From assembly GCA_963555995.3 (NCBI GenBank), contig OY821641.1, forward strand, positions 2,272,001-2,336,000: a DNA stretch of 64,000 nt, given 5' to 3'. The notes beneath the pieces are model-generated. The model saw nothing but the letters and a program-made list of their open reading frames with translations. It did no database searches and was not told the DNA's origin. Both the position numbers and the translations under genes were made by a program. This document shows positions 42,838-52,769 of the stretch, piece by piece (positions within the stretch are counted from its first letter, which is position 1; every line of letters starts with the position of its first letter). This DNA is from Vicinamibacteria bacterium. Lineage in GTDB: Bacteria; Acidobacteriota; Vicinamibacteria; Marinacidobacterales; Marinacidobacteraceae.

Positions 42838-43953
42838 ATGCGCCCCGCACGTGGCGGGATACGACTTCACCTCGAAGACGGCGCCGGGTTTTCGGGGACC
42901 TCCTTCGGCGCGGCCCTCGACCGGCCGGTGGCCGGGGAAGTCGTGTTCAACACCGGCATGGCGGGGTACGTGGAGACCCTCACCGACCCCTCCTACCGGG
43001 GACAGATCCTGGTGCTGACCTATCCGCTCCAAGGGAACTACGGCGTTCCCCCGGCGCGGCCCGCCGGCTCCATCGAGGGCCCGTTCGAGTCCGGACGGAT
43101 CCAGGTCCAGGGTCTGGTGGTGCAGCACCACGAACCGCAGTACAGCCACCACGCCGGGGTCCGGTCGCTCGGCGCCTGGCTGGCGGCCGAAGGGGTGCCC
43201 GGCATCGAGGGGGTGGACACCCGCGCCCTCACCATGCGCCTCCGGGAAGCCGGGACGATGCAGGGGGTGCTCTGCCGGGCTGGCGTCGCTGTTTCGGATG
43301 CCCGCGAGCGGGCTTCCGCCGTCGAAATGCGCCGGCAGGTCTTCGAACAGGTGGTCCCCGGCGCCCCGGCCGACTACGGCCCCGAGGACGGACCGCGGGT
43401 GCTGCTGGTGGACGTGGGCGCCAAGGACAACATCGTCCGCTCGCTCCTCTCGCGGGGCGCCCGGGTCCACCGGGTCTCGGGGCTGGAACCGTTCGCCGAG
43501 GCCGCGCGTTCCGCCGCCGGGATCATGCTCGGGAACGGCCCCGGCGACCCCGGCGACCTGTTGGAGCTCGCCCGCGAGCTCCGCTCGGTCATGGAGTGGT
43601 TCCGGGGGCCGATCTTCGGGGTCTGCCTCGGCAACCAGTTGCTCGCGATGGCCGCCGGAGCGCGGACCTTCAAGCTGCCCTACGGGCACCGCAGCGTGAA
43701 CCAGCCGGTGCGGGACCTGGTCAGCGGCCGCTCCTTCATCACCAGCCAGAACCACGGCTACGCGGTGGACGAAGACAGTCTGCCTGCCGGTTGGGAACCG
43801 TGGTTCCAGAACCTGAACGACGGCACCAACGAGGGCATCCGCTCGCTCGACCGGCCGTTCCGGAGCATCCAGTTCCACCCCGAGGCCCATCCCGGGCCGG
43901 AAGACACCGCCTACCTGTTCGACGCCTTCGTCGAGGAATGCGCCGGACCGTGA
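42838..43953 (+). CDS. carA: Carbamoyl-phosphate synthase small subunit
   Basis: GEVVFNTGM, LTDPSY, NGPGDP, GVCLG, QNHGY, QFHPE. Confidence 0.96.
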   Translation: MRPARGGIRLHLEDGAGFSGTSFGAALDRPVAGEVVFNTGMAGYVETLTDPSYRGQILVLTYPLQGNYGVPPARPAGSIEGPFESGRIQVQGLVVQHHEPQYSHHAGVRSLGAWLAAEGVPGIEGVDTRALTMRLREAGTMQGVLCRAGVAVSDARERASAVEMRRQVFEQVVPGAPADYGPEDGPRVLLVDVGAKDNIVRSLLSRGARVHRVSGLEPFAEAARSAAGIMLGNGPGDPGDLLELARELRSVMEWFRGPIFGVCLGNQLLAMAAGARTFKLPYGHRSVNQPVRDLVSGRSFITSQNHGYAVDEDSLPAGWEPWFQNLNDGTNEGIRSLDRPFRSIQFHPEAHPGPEDTAYLFDAFVEECAGP

Positions 43954-46900
43954 ACCAAGCCCCCCCGAAACCGCAGTCCGTCATCGTCCTCGGGTCGGGA
44001 GCGCTCCAGATCGGCCAGGCGGGCGAGTTCGACTACTCGGGATCCCAGGCCATCAAGGCGTTCAGCGAGGAGGGCGTGCGCACCGTCCTCGTGAACCCGA
44101 ACATCGCGACCATCCAGACCAGCGAGGGGATGGCGGACCGCCTCTACCTGAACGCGGTGACGCCCCGCCTCGTCCGGCAGGTCGCCGAGGAGGAGGGCGT
44201 GGACGGCGTGGCCCTCTCCTTCGGCGGACAGACGGCGCTCAACTGCGGCCTCGAACTCGAGGAGTGGTTCCGGGAGGCCGGGATCCAGGTGCTCGGCACC
44301 CCGGTGAAGAGCATCCGGGACACCGAGGACCGCGGACGCTTCAACGCCCGGCTCGCGGAGATCGGGGTGCTGACCGCGCGGAGCATCGTCTGCCACCGGC
44401 GCGACGAGGCGCGGGAGGCCGCGCGGACGATCGGGCTCCCGCTGATGCTGCGCATCGGCTTCGCGCTCGGTGGCAAGGGGAGCGCCATCGTCGAGACGGA
44501 GGCCGAACTCGAGGCCGCGCTCACCAACATCTTCGGCGCCCACGACACCAAGCAGGCGCAGGTGCTCGTCGAGGAATCGCTCCGCGGCTGGAAGGAAATC
44601 GAGTACGAGGTGGTGCGCGACCGCGAGAACAACTGCATCACCGTCTGCAACATGGAGAACATGGATCCGATGGGGATCCACACCGGCGAGTCCCTGGTGG
44701 TGGCGCCGTCGCAGACGCTGAACGACGAGGAGTACCAGCTCCTCCGCACCGTCTCGATCCGGACGATCCAGCACCTCGGCATCGTGGGCGAGTGCAACGT
44801 GCAGTTCGCGCTGAGCCCGGCGGGCGCCGACTACCGGGTCATCGAGGTGAACGCCCGGCTCTCGCGCTCGTCGGCGCTCGCCAGCAAGGCGACCGGATAC
44901 CCGCTGGCCTACGTGGCCGCGAAGCTGGGGCTCGGGTTCACCCTCCCCGAGTTGAAGAACGCGATCACCGGGGTGACCAAGGCGTTCTTCGAACCGGCGC
45001 TCGACTACCTGGTTCTGAAGGCGCCGCGCTGGGACCTCGGCAAGTTCCAGGAGGCCGGCACCCGCATCGGCAGCGAGATGAAGAGCGTCGGGGAGGTGAT
45101 GGCCATCGGCCGCACCTTCCCGGAGGTGCTCCAGAAGGCGCTCCGCATGCTCGACATCGGCGTGCGGGGTCTCGACTCGCGCGCCTTCGCGTTCGAGGAT
45201 CGGGACGACGAGCTGAAGAACGCGACGCCGCGGCGCGTCTTCGCGCTCGCCCAGGCGCTTCGGGAGGCGGTGGAAGCCGGCCGGGTATCCGAGGCGATTG
45301 CCGAGATCCACGACCTCACCCGGATTGATCCGTGGTTCCTCCACGGGATCGCCGAGGCGATGCGGACCGAGGCGGAGGTGGAGCGCGGCGGCTGGCCGAT
45401 CCCGGAGGCGACGCTTGCAAGGGCGAAGGAGCAGGGTTTTTCGGACGAGTCGCTCGAGTTCCTGACCGGGCGGGCGCGGGGCGAGGCGCGCGCCGCGCGC
45501 CGGAAAGCCGGCGTCGGTCCCCACATCGCCCGGATAGACACCCTGGCCGCCGAGTTCCCGGCCGAGACGAACTACCTCTATTCCACCTACCACGCGAGCG
45601 GCGACGAGGGCGTGGGACTCCCCGCCGGCGACCGGCGGCGGATCCTGGTGATCGGCTCCGGGGTGTACCGGATCGGTTCCTCGGTCGAGTTCGACTGGTG
45701 CTGCGTGAACGCCGTCCAGGCGGCGGCGGAGCTCGGGTTCGAGACCCTGATGCTCAACTACAACCCGGAGACGGTGAGCACGGACTACGACATCTGCGAC
45801 AAGCTGGTCTTCGACGAGGTCAGCGTGGAATCGGTGCTGGACCTCGTGGAGAAGGAGCGCCCGGACGGGGTGGTGGTGAGCATGGGCGGCCAGATCCCGA
45901 ACCGGCTGGCGATGCGCCTCCACCACGCCGGAGTCCCGATCCTCGGCACCTCCGCCGAGGACATTGACCGGGCCGAGGACCGCAACAAGTTCAGCGCCCT
46001 CCTCGACCGGATCGGCGTGGACCAGCCGCGCTGGGCCCACGTGACCGACGCCGCCGACGCGGAGCGGATCGTGGACGAACTGGGGGGCTTCCCGGTGCTG
46101 GTGCGCCCGAGCTACGTGCTGAGCGGCGCCGCCATGTCCGTCGCCCACGAGCACCACGAGCTCGCCCGCATCCTGCGGAAGGCGAAGGCGATCTCCCCCG
46201 AGCACCCGGTCGTCATCTCCAAGTTCGAGGAGGACGCCCGCGAGATCGAGATTGACCTGGTCGCGAACGGGGGCGAGGTGGTGCTCTGGGCGGTCAGCGA
46301 ACACGTCGAGGACGCCGGCGTCCACAGCGGCGACGCGACCCTCGTGCTGCCGCCCGTGGACATGACCATCCCCACCCTGGGACAGGTGCGCCGCATCGCA
46401 CAACAGATCGCCGGGGAACTGCGGGTCACCGGCCCCTGCAACATCCAGTTGCTGCACCGCGACGGGATCGTGAAGGTGATCGAGTGCAACCTGCGGGCGT
46501 CGCGCAGCCTGCCGTTCGTCTCCAAGGTGACCGGACGGAACTACGCGAGGGCGGCCACCCGCATCATGCTCGGCGCCGACCCCGGCATGGAGCACCGCCC
46601 GATGTACGAGCTCGAGCACGTCGGGGTCAAGGTGCCGCAGTTCTCCTTCTCGCGGCTCATGGGCGCCGACCCGCTGCTGGGCGTGGAGATGGCCAGCACC
46701 GGCGAGGTGGGATGTCTCGGCGACTCCTTCCACGAGGCGCTCCTCCACGGCTTGGTGGCGACCGGGTTCCGCGGCCCGAAGAAGGGCGTCCTGCTGTCGC
46801 TCGGGCCGCCGCGCTGGAAGCACCGCTTCGTCCGCACCGCGCGGGCGATGGCCGAGGAGCTCGGCCTCAGGATCTACGCGACCTCGGGAACCTGCCGGGT

Positions 46901-47225
46901 GCTCCGCGACAACGGCATCGAGGCCACCGAGGTGGCGCGGGTCCGCTCCGAGCAGCTCCCGCTCGGCGCCGGGTTCGACCAGCCGGGGCCGCTCAGCGCG
47001 CTCGACCTGATTGACCGCGGGGAGGTGGACCTCGTGGTGAACGTGCCCGTCGCCTTCGACCCCGAGGGCCGCCCGGACGGCTACCTGGTGCGCCGCCGCG
47101 CGGTGGACCGGGGCGTGCCGCTGATCACCGATCCGTCACTCGCCCGGCACGTGGTCACCGCGCTCGTCACCCACGGGGAGGAGAGCCTCCGCGCCCGCGC
47201 CTGGAACGATTTCCTCGACCGGTAG
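43950..47225 (+). CDS. carB: Carbamoyl-phosphate synthase large subunit
   Basis: GQAGEFDYSG, IHTGES, NPETVSTDYD, VRPSYVL, HSGD; GTGA overlap with carA. Confidence 0.97.
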   Translation: MNQAPPKPQSVIVLGSGALQIGQAGEFDYSGSQAIKAFSEEGVRTVLVNPNIATIQTSEGMADRLYLNAVTPRLVRQVAEEEGVDGVALSFGGQTALNCGLELEEWFREAGIQVLGTPVKSIRDTEDRGRFNARLAEIGVLTARSIVCHRRDEAREAARTIGLPLMLRIGFALGGKGSAIVETEAELEAALTNIFGAHDTKQAQVLVEESLRGWKEIEYEVVRDRENNCITVCNMENMDPMGIHTGESLVVAPSQTLNDEEYQLLRTVSIRTIQHLGIVGECNVQFALSPAGADYRVIEVNARLSRSSALASKATGYPLAYVAAKLGLGFTLPELKNAITGVTKAFFEPALDYLVLKAPRWDLGKFQEAGTRIGSEMKSVGEVMAIGRTFPEVLQKALRMLDIGVRGLDSRAFAFEDRDDELKNATPRRVFALAQALREAVEAGRVSEAIAEIHDLTRIDPWFLHGIAEAMRTEAEVERGGWPIPEATLARAKEQGFSDESLEFLTGRARGEARAARRKAGVGPHIARIDTLAAEFPAETNYLYSTYHASGDEGVGLPAGDRRRILVIGSGVYRIGSSVEFDWCCVNAVQAAAELGFETLMLNYNPETVSTDYDICDKLVFDEVSVESVLDLVEKERPDGVVVSMGGQIPNRLAMRLHHAGVPILGTSAEDIDRAEDRNKFSALLDRIGVDQPRWAHVTDAADAERIVDELGGFPVLVRPSYVLSGAAMSVAHEHHELARILRKAKAISPEHPVVISKFEEDAREIEIDLVANGGEVVLWAVSEHVEDAGVHSGDATLVLPPVDMTIPTLGQVRRIAQQIAGELRVTGPCNIQLLHRDGIVKVIECNLRASRSLPFVSKVTGRNYARAATRIMLGADPGMEHRPMYELEHVGVKVPQFSFSRLMGADPLLGVEMASTGEVGCLGDSFHEALLHGLVATGFRGPKKGVLLSLGPPRWKHRFVRTARAMAEELGLRIYATSGTCRVLRDNGIEATEVARVRSEQLPLGAGFDQPGPLSALDLIDRGEVDLVVNVPVAFDPEGRPDGYLVRRRAVDRGVPLITDPSLARHVVTALVTHGEESLRARAWNDFLDR

Positions 47226-47455
47226 GCGCACGACGGCCTGGAACGCCGGTCTCCAGACCGGCACGCGCGGCGCTCCGCGCCGCGCACGGCGCAACGCTAT
47301 TCGCCCCCACGGCGCGTACGGCCCGGAGCGCCAGCCTCCGGCTGGCATCGCCGACCGCCGGGAGGCGAAACCCGCGCCTCCAACGGAGAAGAAGGACGGA
47401 GGCCGGACTCTGTACCGGCCCCGGCGAAGCGGAGCAGGACACTTTGAACGGCCAG

Positions 47456-47779
47456 ATGGCAGCGACGGTCCGGGGACTCGACCGGAATCTCACCGACGGG
47501 TTTCGAGCGGAGATTCGATGGCCTGGAGCAGAGATTCGATGCCTTCGAGCAGAAGATCGAGAGCCGCTTCGACGCCATCGAGGCCAAGTTCGAGAGCCGG
47601 TTCGTCAGCCTGGAAGAGGCCATCCGGGAACTGACCGCGCTCACCAGCACGGCTCTGGAACGGAGCCTGTGGACACGGCGGCTGGTGCGCGGCGTCCTGG
47701 GGGCGTTCGCCCTGCTGCTCGCCGGCGGGCTGCTCCGGCCGGTGTTCGAGAGGCCGTCCAGGCCCTGTTGGGCGGCTGA
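47456..47779 (+). pseudogene. Coiled-coil plus C-terminal TM protein with two compensating frameshifts
   Basis: MAATVRGLD.. shifts into FERRFDGLEQRFDAFEQKIESRF..GVLGAFALLLAGGLL, then back to AVQALLGG*. Confidence 0.55.
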
Positions 47780-47860
47780 ACCCGCCGCGCCAGGTTGCAT
47801 CCGGGCGAACCACCGTCCTTCCTCGTCGACCGAATCGCCTTTCCCTCTCACAACCTGGGG

Positions 47861-47911
47861 TGCGCAAAAGTGGGTGTCTCCCAACTGCGTACGAGTGGGT
47901 GTTTCCTGACA
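47861..47911. mobile_element. Orphan transposon/IS-like end
   Basis: Two 21-bp imperfect direct repeats sharing AGTGGGTGT(C/T)TCC, ending in TGACA. Confidence 0.45.
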
Positions 47912-47918
47912 ACCCGCC

Positions 47919-48264
47919 GACGCCGTTAGTGACGGTAGCTCCGACTCGGAGACGCCGTTAGTGACGGTAGCTCCGACTCGGAGACGCCGTTAGTGACGGT
48001 AGCTCCGGCTCGGAGACGCCGTTAGTGACGGTAGCTCCGGCCCCGAGACGCCGTTAGTGACGGTAGCTCCGGCCCCGAGACGCCGTTAGTGACGGTAGCT
48101 CCGGCCCCGAGACGCCGTTAGTGACGGTAGCTCCGGCCCCGAGACGCCGTTAGTGACGGTAGCTCCGGCCCCGAGACGCCGTTAGTGACGGTAGCTCCGG
48201 CCCCGAGACGCCGTTAGTGACGGTAGCTCCGGCCCCGAGACGCCGTTAGTGACGGTAGCTCCGG
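47919..48264. repeat. 32-bp tandem repeat, 10 full units plus one partial
   Basis: GACGCCGTTAGTGACGGTAGCTCCG(A/G)C(T/C)C(G/C)GA. Confidence 0.95.
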
Positions 48265-48402
48265 TACCCGGCCTTGACGAGGGCGCTGCCCTGTTTCTGG
48301 CATGGCGCGGCGTCACCGGCGCGGGTTTCGCGCTCCCGCGCGATGCTGGCCGGAGGCCGGCGCTCCGCCGGCGTTGCCATCCCCCGTGTCGCGTTTCCCC
48401 GA

Positions 48403-49707
48403 TCATGGGACCCGGGCGCGGAGCGCCGTCTCCAGCCGCTCCAGCGCCTCCTCCAGGAGCGGGCGCGGGCACGCCAGGTTCATCCGGGCGAACCCCCGGC
48501 CTTCCTCGCCGAAGATCGCGCCGTTCTCGAGGCGGAGCCTGGCCTTGTCGAGCAGGAAGTCTTCGAGTGCGCCCGGCTCGATACCGGTCCGCCGGAAGTC
48601 GAGCCACGCGAGATATGTCCCCTCGACCGGGACGGTCCCGATCTTCAACTCGGGACGCTCGCTGAAGAAGTTCATGAGCGTCCGGGCGTTCTCGCTCAGG
48701 TAGGAGAGCACCCGGTCGAGCCAGGGGCCGCCGCCGCGCCAGGCGGCTTCGGCCGCCGCAGCGCTCAGCGGGTTCACGCCGTAGATGCCGGTCCGGTCGC
48801 GGGCGTGCCGAAAGGCATTGCGCATCTCCTCGTCGGGAATGACCAGACACGACGACTTGAGGCCCGCGAGGTTGAACGTCTTGCTCGGCGCCGAGGCGAC
48901 GACGGACCTGAGCGAGTCCGGGTGATCGAGGCTGAGCCAGGGGGTGAACCGGCGCCCGTCGAGCATCAGGTCGCCGTGGATCTCGTCGGCCACCACGATG
49001 AGGCCGTGCCGGGCGGCGATCTCGGCGAACGCGGTCAGCTCCCCGGCGTTCCAGACGCGCCCCACCGGGTTCTGGGGGGTGCACAGGAACGTCATCCGGG
49101 TGTCCGGCTCGGCCGCCAGCTTCTCGAACCGCTCGAGGTCCAGGCGGTAGGGGTTCCGGTCGCCGGCGCCCGGCCCGTCCTCCCGGCGGAGCGGACAGAG
49201 GAGCATCCGGCCGCCGTTGTTGCGAACCGCCCCGAAGAACGGGAAATAGACCGGCGGATGGAGGATGACCTTCTGCCCCGGCTCGACCAGGGTGCGAACC
49301 AGCAGGCCGAGGTCGGGGACGATTCCCTCGGTCGGGACGACCCAGTCGGGGTCCGGGCGGAAGCCGTGGCGGGCCGCCGACCAGTCGCAGAACGCCTCGC
49401 GGTAGCTCGGGAGTCCGACGCTGTAGCCGAAGATCGGGTGCTCGGCGCGACGGCGGATCGCCTCGATCACCACATCCGGACAGGGGAAGTCCATGTCCGC
49501 GACCCACATGGGGATCACGTCGGGGTCTTCGGCGGGGACGAGGGTGGAACCGTGGCCGACCGCGCCCTCGCGGTATTCCCACTTCACCGATCCGGTTCCC
49601 GCGCGGGGGATGAGCCGGTCGAGGTCGGGTTGCGCGCTTTCGCCTCGCGGCGCTCGGCGGTGCCGGTCTGAAGACCGGCGCTCCCTGGCCAGCACGACCT
49701 GCCTCAT
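48403..49707 (-). CDS. MalY/PatB-family PLP enzyme (cystathionine beta-lyase-like)
   Basis: SVKW, PMWVADMDF, PQNPVGRVW, DEIHGD, APSKTFNLAG; ATGA overlap with upstream gene. Confidence 0.92.
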   Translation of the reverse strand: MRQVVLARERRSSDRHRRAPRGESAQPDLDRLIPRAGTGSVKWEYREGAVGHGSTLVPAEDPDVIPMWVADMDFPCPDVVIEAIRRRAEHPIFGYSVGLPSYREAFCDWSAARHGFRPDPDWVVPTEGIVPDLGLLVRTLVEPGQKVILHPPVYFPFFGAVRNNGGRMLLCPLRREDGPGAGDRNPYRLDLERFEKLAAEPDTRMTFLCTPQNPVGRVWNAGELTAFAEIAARHGLIVVADEIHGDLMLDGRRFTPWLSLDHPDSLRSVVASAPSKTFNLAGLKSSCLVIPDEEMRNAFRHARDRTGIYGVNPLSAAAAEAAWRGGGPWLDRVLSYLSENARTLMNFFSERPELKIGTVPVEGTYLAWLDFRRTGIEPGALEDFLLDKARLRLENGAIFGEEGRGFARMNLACPRPLLEEALERLETALRARVP

Positions 49708-50846
49708 CTGTAGTAGAGCCAGAGGGGGCCCGGGAAGAGCCAGGACAGGCCGACGCGCAGGCGGTCGCGCCAGTTGTCCCAGTTGTGGCCGTCGGGCGCC
49801 TCGACGTAGCGGACCTCCATGCCGCTCTCCCGGAGCAGCGGCACGAGCGACCGGTTCTCGTAGATGAGCGGCTCGTAGATCCCGCAACTGACGAACACGC
49901 GGCTGCTCACCCGGCGCGGGTCCGCGCGGTAGGCGTTCACGAAGTCCACGACCGGGTCGAGCAGGGCGGTCCGGGTGCTCGGCCCGACGTCGGTGAAGGT
50001 GAACGAACCCGAGGAGAGCAGGAGCTTCCCGAAGAAGCCCGGATAGCGCCAGGCTGCGGTCAGGGCCGCCACCGCGCCGAGCCCGGCGCCCACCAGCCCC
50101 CGGTCGTCCGGGCGCAGCCGGATCGGGAACTCCGTCTGGAGATGCGACACCAGGTCTGAGGTCAGGAACTCCGCGTGGGCCGGATTGTCCGCGTACTCGC
50201 GGATGCGTTTCTCCGGCGTCACGAAAGCGGCGATCAGCGGCGGGATCTCCCGCCGGTGGATCAGGTTGTCGAGGACGGTCCGGCAGGCGGCGTGGCGGAG
50301 GTAGTCCTCGCCGTCGAGCACCACGAGCAGGGGATACCGGCGCCGGTTCCGGAAACCGGACGGCGTGTAGACCGACACCGGTCGGGTGCCGAGGGCGCGG
50401 CTCCGGACGCGGGTGACGGACAGTTCGCCCCGGCCGACCTGGGGATCCTCCTCGGTCCACTCCGGCTGCGTGTACCCCTCGCCGTGACAGATCGACCAGA
50501 CACCGAAGGGGTCGCGCACCGTCCTCTCGTTGAGCGGGTCCAGAATCCACTCCGCGTCCGTTCCCCGGACCCGCTGGAACCGGTACTCGACGCGCGACTC
50601 CGCCGGCAGGTCGAGGGTCAGGAACCACAGGTCCGAGCCGGGGACCCGTTCCATCTCCCGCGCCGCCGCGGTCCCGAAGAGCCAGTGCCCGAGCAGGACG
50701 GAGGTGGCCTTGCCCCGGTACACGAAGGTGGTGTGGGGCCCCTCCCGAATGGGGAAGTCGTGCGCCTCGATGAACGCGTCCACCGCTTCCGGGGTGGGGC
50801 CGGCAAGGAGCAGTTCCTGGATCGCCAGCTCGGAAGGAGCGCTCAT
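49704..50846 (-). CDS. Fes-like alpha/beta hydrolase with N-terminal Ig/CBM48-like domain
   Basis: EYRF..DPLN, VYTP, YPLLVVLDG, DGHNW; nucleophile elbow reads GAGLG. Confidence 0.8.
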   Translation of the reverse strand: MSAPSELAIQELLLAGPTPEAVDAFIEAHDFPIREGPHTTFVYRGKATSVLLGHWLFGTAAAREMERVPGSDLWFLTLDLPAESRVEYRFQRVRGTDAEWILDPLNERTVRDPFGVWSICHGEGYTQPEWTEEDPQVGRGELSVTRVRSRALGTRPVSVYTPSGFRNRRRYPLLVVLDGEDYLRHAACRTVLDNLIHRREIPPLIAAFVTPEKRIREYADNPAHAEFLTSDLVSHLQTEFPIRLRPDDRGLVGAGLGAVAALTAAWRYPGFFGKLLLSSGSFTFTDVGPSTRTALLDPVVDFVNAYRADPRRVSSRVFVSCGIYEPLIYENRSLVPLLRESGMEVRYVEAPDGHNWDNWRDRLRVGLSWLFPGPLWLYYR

Positions 50847-51844
50847 GCCGCGGCTCCCCCGCCGAAAGCCCCCGCCCCGGCCGGTTCCGGGACGAACGAG
50901 GCGACCGTTTCGACCTCGCCGTCCCTCGACAGCAGCCGGATGCCGTCCGGCGAACTCCAGGTCCGGCCGTCCCAGTGGACCATCTCCCCCGGGTCCAGCA
51001 GCACCGCCCGGTCCGGGTCCACCCGCCCGGACAGCTCGGCGAGACTCTGCCGGTCCCCGAGGTCGAGCCGGACCCGGGCGTCCGGGAAGAGGGCGATGCC
51101 GGGGAGCAGCGCGAGCCCGTCGCCGAGGATCTCCGGACGCGCCGAACCGCCCGGAAGCCGGTCGTGGAACAGGACGACGCGCGGGGTGAGCACCATCGCT
51201 CCCGCCGACCAGGCGAGGACCGGGAGCGGCGCCAGCGCGTCCGCGAGCCCGAGGAGCAGCAGCCGGTTCCGGATGACCGCCACGTGGCCGCCGGTCAGCA
51301 CCACCGCGGCGGCTCCCGCCAGCAGACCCTCGAGTTCCTCCCGCTCCGCGCGGACCGCCGGGCGCTCGCCGAGACCCACGGCCTCCCGGAACTCCTGCCA
51401 GAGTTCCGCGTGGCGCTCCACGTGGAACCGGTCCGCGGCGAGGATCGCCTGCCACGCCTGCTCGGCGTAGGGGTCCCGGTACCGCTCGGCGACGCTGAGC
51501 CGGACCACCTCGTGCGCGGTCTCCACCGCCCGCCGGAGCCGCGCGCCGTAGAGCCGCTCCTCGGCCAGCAGTCCTTCCTGGAGCGCGCGGTGCGCCTCGG
51601 CGAGCGGCGCGTCGCGCTCGAAGACGCGGCCGACCCGTTCGCCGATGTGGAGCGGCGCGGCCTCGCGGCCGCACGCTCCGAGCTCCTGCTCGACCTCCTT
51701 CAGGACCGGCTCCGTCTCCCGCCAGCCCACCGTGATGGCCGCCACCGGGCCGGGCGGCAGGTCGAGCGCCTCCAGACCGGGACCGAGGCCGATCCGGCCG
51801 GGCTGGGGCCCGAGGACGACGGCGCGGGGGGCCGGGCGGGGCAC
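50843..51844 (-). CDS. Peptidase S51/class I GATase-like protein
   Basis: LTGGHV, AWSAGAM; ATGA-coupled to the hydrolase gene. Confidence 0.7.
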   Translation of the reverse strand: MPRPAPRAVVLGPQPGRIGLGPGLEALDLPPGPVAAITVGWRETEPVLKEVEQELGACGREAAPLHIGERVGRVFERDAPLAEAHRALQEGLLAEERLYGARLRRAVETAHEVVRLSVAERYRDPYAEQAWQAILAADRFHVERHAELWQEFREAVGLGERPAVRAEREELEGLLAGAAAVVLTGGHVAVIRNRLLLLGLADALAPLPVLAWSAGAMVLTPRVVLFHDRLPGGSARPEILGDGLALLPGIALFPDARVRLDLGDRQSLAELSGRVDPDRAVLLDPGEMVHWDGRTWSSPDGIRLLSRDGEVETVASFVPEPAGAGAFGGGAAA

Positions 51845-51845
51845 G

Positions 51846-52745
51846 CTAGAACCGGATCACCAGGGCGGCGAGGACGATGAGGTCCAGGCGCCGCCGGGGC
51901 GCGACCACGGCGCCCACCGGAGGCTGTCCGGGACCGGGAAACAGGCTCAGCCGCTCCAGCGAGGGACGCGCGTCGAACAGGGTCTGCACGCTGGTGCGGA
52001 AGGCGAGCCGCCGCGACAGCGGCAACGCCGCCGAGCCGGTGACGTCCAGCCGGAGGTCGTCGGTGTTCCGCAGGTTCCAGGTCGAAGCGGTGACCAGCAC
52101 GAGGTCGGCGGCGCGGTAGCGGGCCTGGGCGCGGACGTCCAGCCGCAGGCCGAGCGACGCCGTCTCCAAGTCCGGGTCGGCGACCTGGTCGCTCTGGTGG
52201 ATCGCGGACAGCCCCAGGCTGGTTTCGAAGGGACGCCGCCCGCCGCGCCCGGTTCGTCCCCAGGCCGTGCCCACTCCGAGGGTCAGGTCGAGGCGGGAAC
52301 GGACCCCCGCCGGGGCGTCGCGTTCCCAGCCGGCGGCGGCGAAGAACCGCGGACTCGTGTCGTCGTCTTCCGGCGACGGTTCGGAAAAACGCGCCCGCAG
52401 GTGGGTGCGGTCGGCCGAGGTCTGGCTCACCACCGTCCGCCGCACCGAGAAGTCCTCCGGACTCCCGAACGCGTCCCGGGTCACGGTGTCGGTGCTCGTC
52501 CGCAGGAGGCCGCCCTCGAGCGTCACCCGCAGCCAGCCGGTCTGCCGCGCCGCCGCCGCGCTCACCCCGAGCGAACCCGAGCCCGCGTTCCCGTACGAAC
52601 CCGCGAGGTTCAGGTTCGCCTGGCCCGTCCAGCGGCTCCGGGCGGGGGCGTTCGCGGTCTGGGCGAGCGCCGGGGAAACGGCCCCCAGCAGCGGCAGCGC
52701 AAGGACGAGGCGCAGAATTCGGTGGCGCCCGGGGCGGGTACACAT
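51846..52745 (-). CDS. DUF481-like outer-membrane beta-barrel protein
   Basis: Signal peptide ending ALA; W..GN N-terminal pattern; alternating strands; terminal Phe. Confidence 0.7.
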   Translation of the reverse strand: MCTRPGRHRILRLVLALPLLGAVSPALAQTANAPARSRWTGQANLNLAGSYGNAGSGSLGVSAAAARQTGWLRVTLEGGLLRTSTDTVTRDAFGSPEDFSVRRTVVSQTSADRTHLRARFSEPSPEDDDTSPRFFAAAGWERDAPAGVRSRLDLTLGVGTAWGRTGRGGRRPFETSLGLSAIHQSDQVADPDLETASLGLRLDVRAQARYRAADLVLVTASTWNLRNTDDLRLDVTGSAALPLSRRLAFRTSVQTLFDARPSLERLSLFPGPGQPPVGAVVAPRRRLDLIVLAALVIRF

Positions 52746-52769
52746 GAGCGCCGGGAGAATACCCACCGC

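Noticed and set aside
47919-48264. CRISPR array
   Set aside because: No unique spacers between repeats and no cas genes in the window
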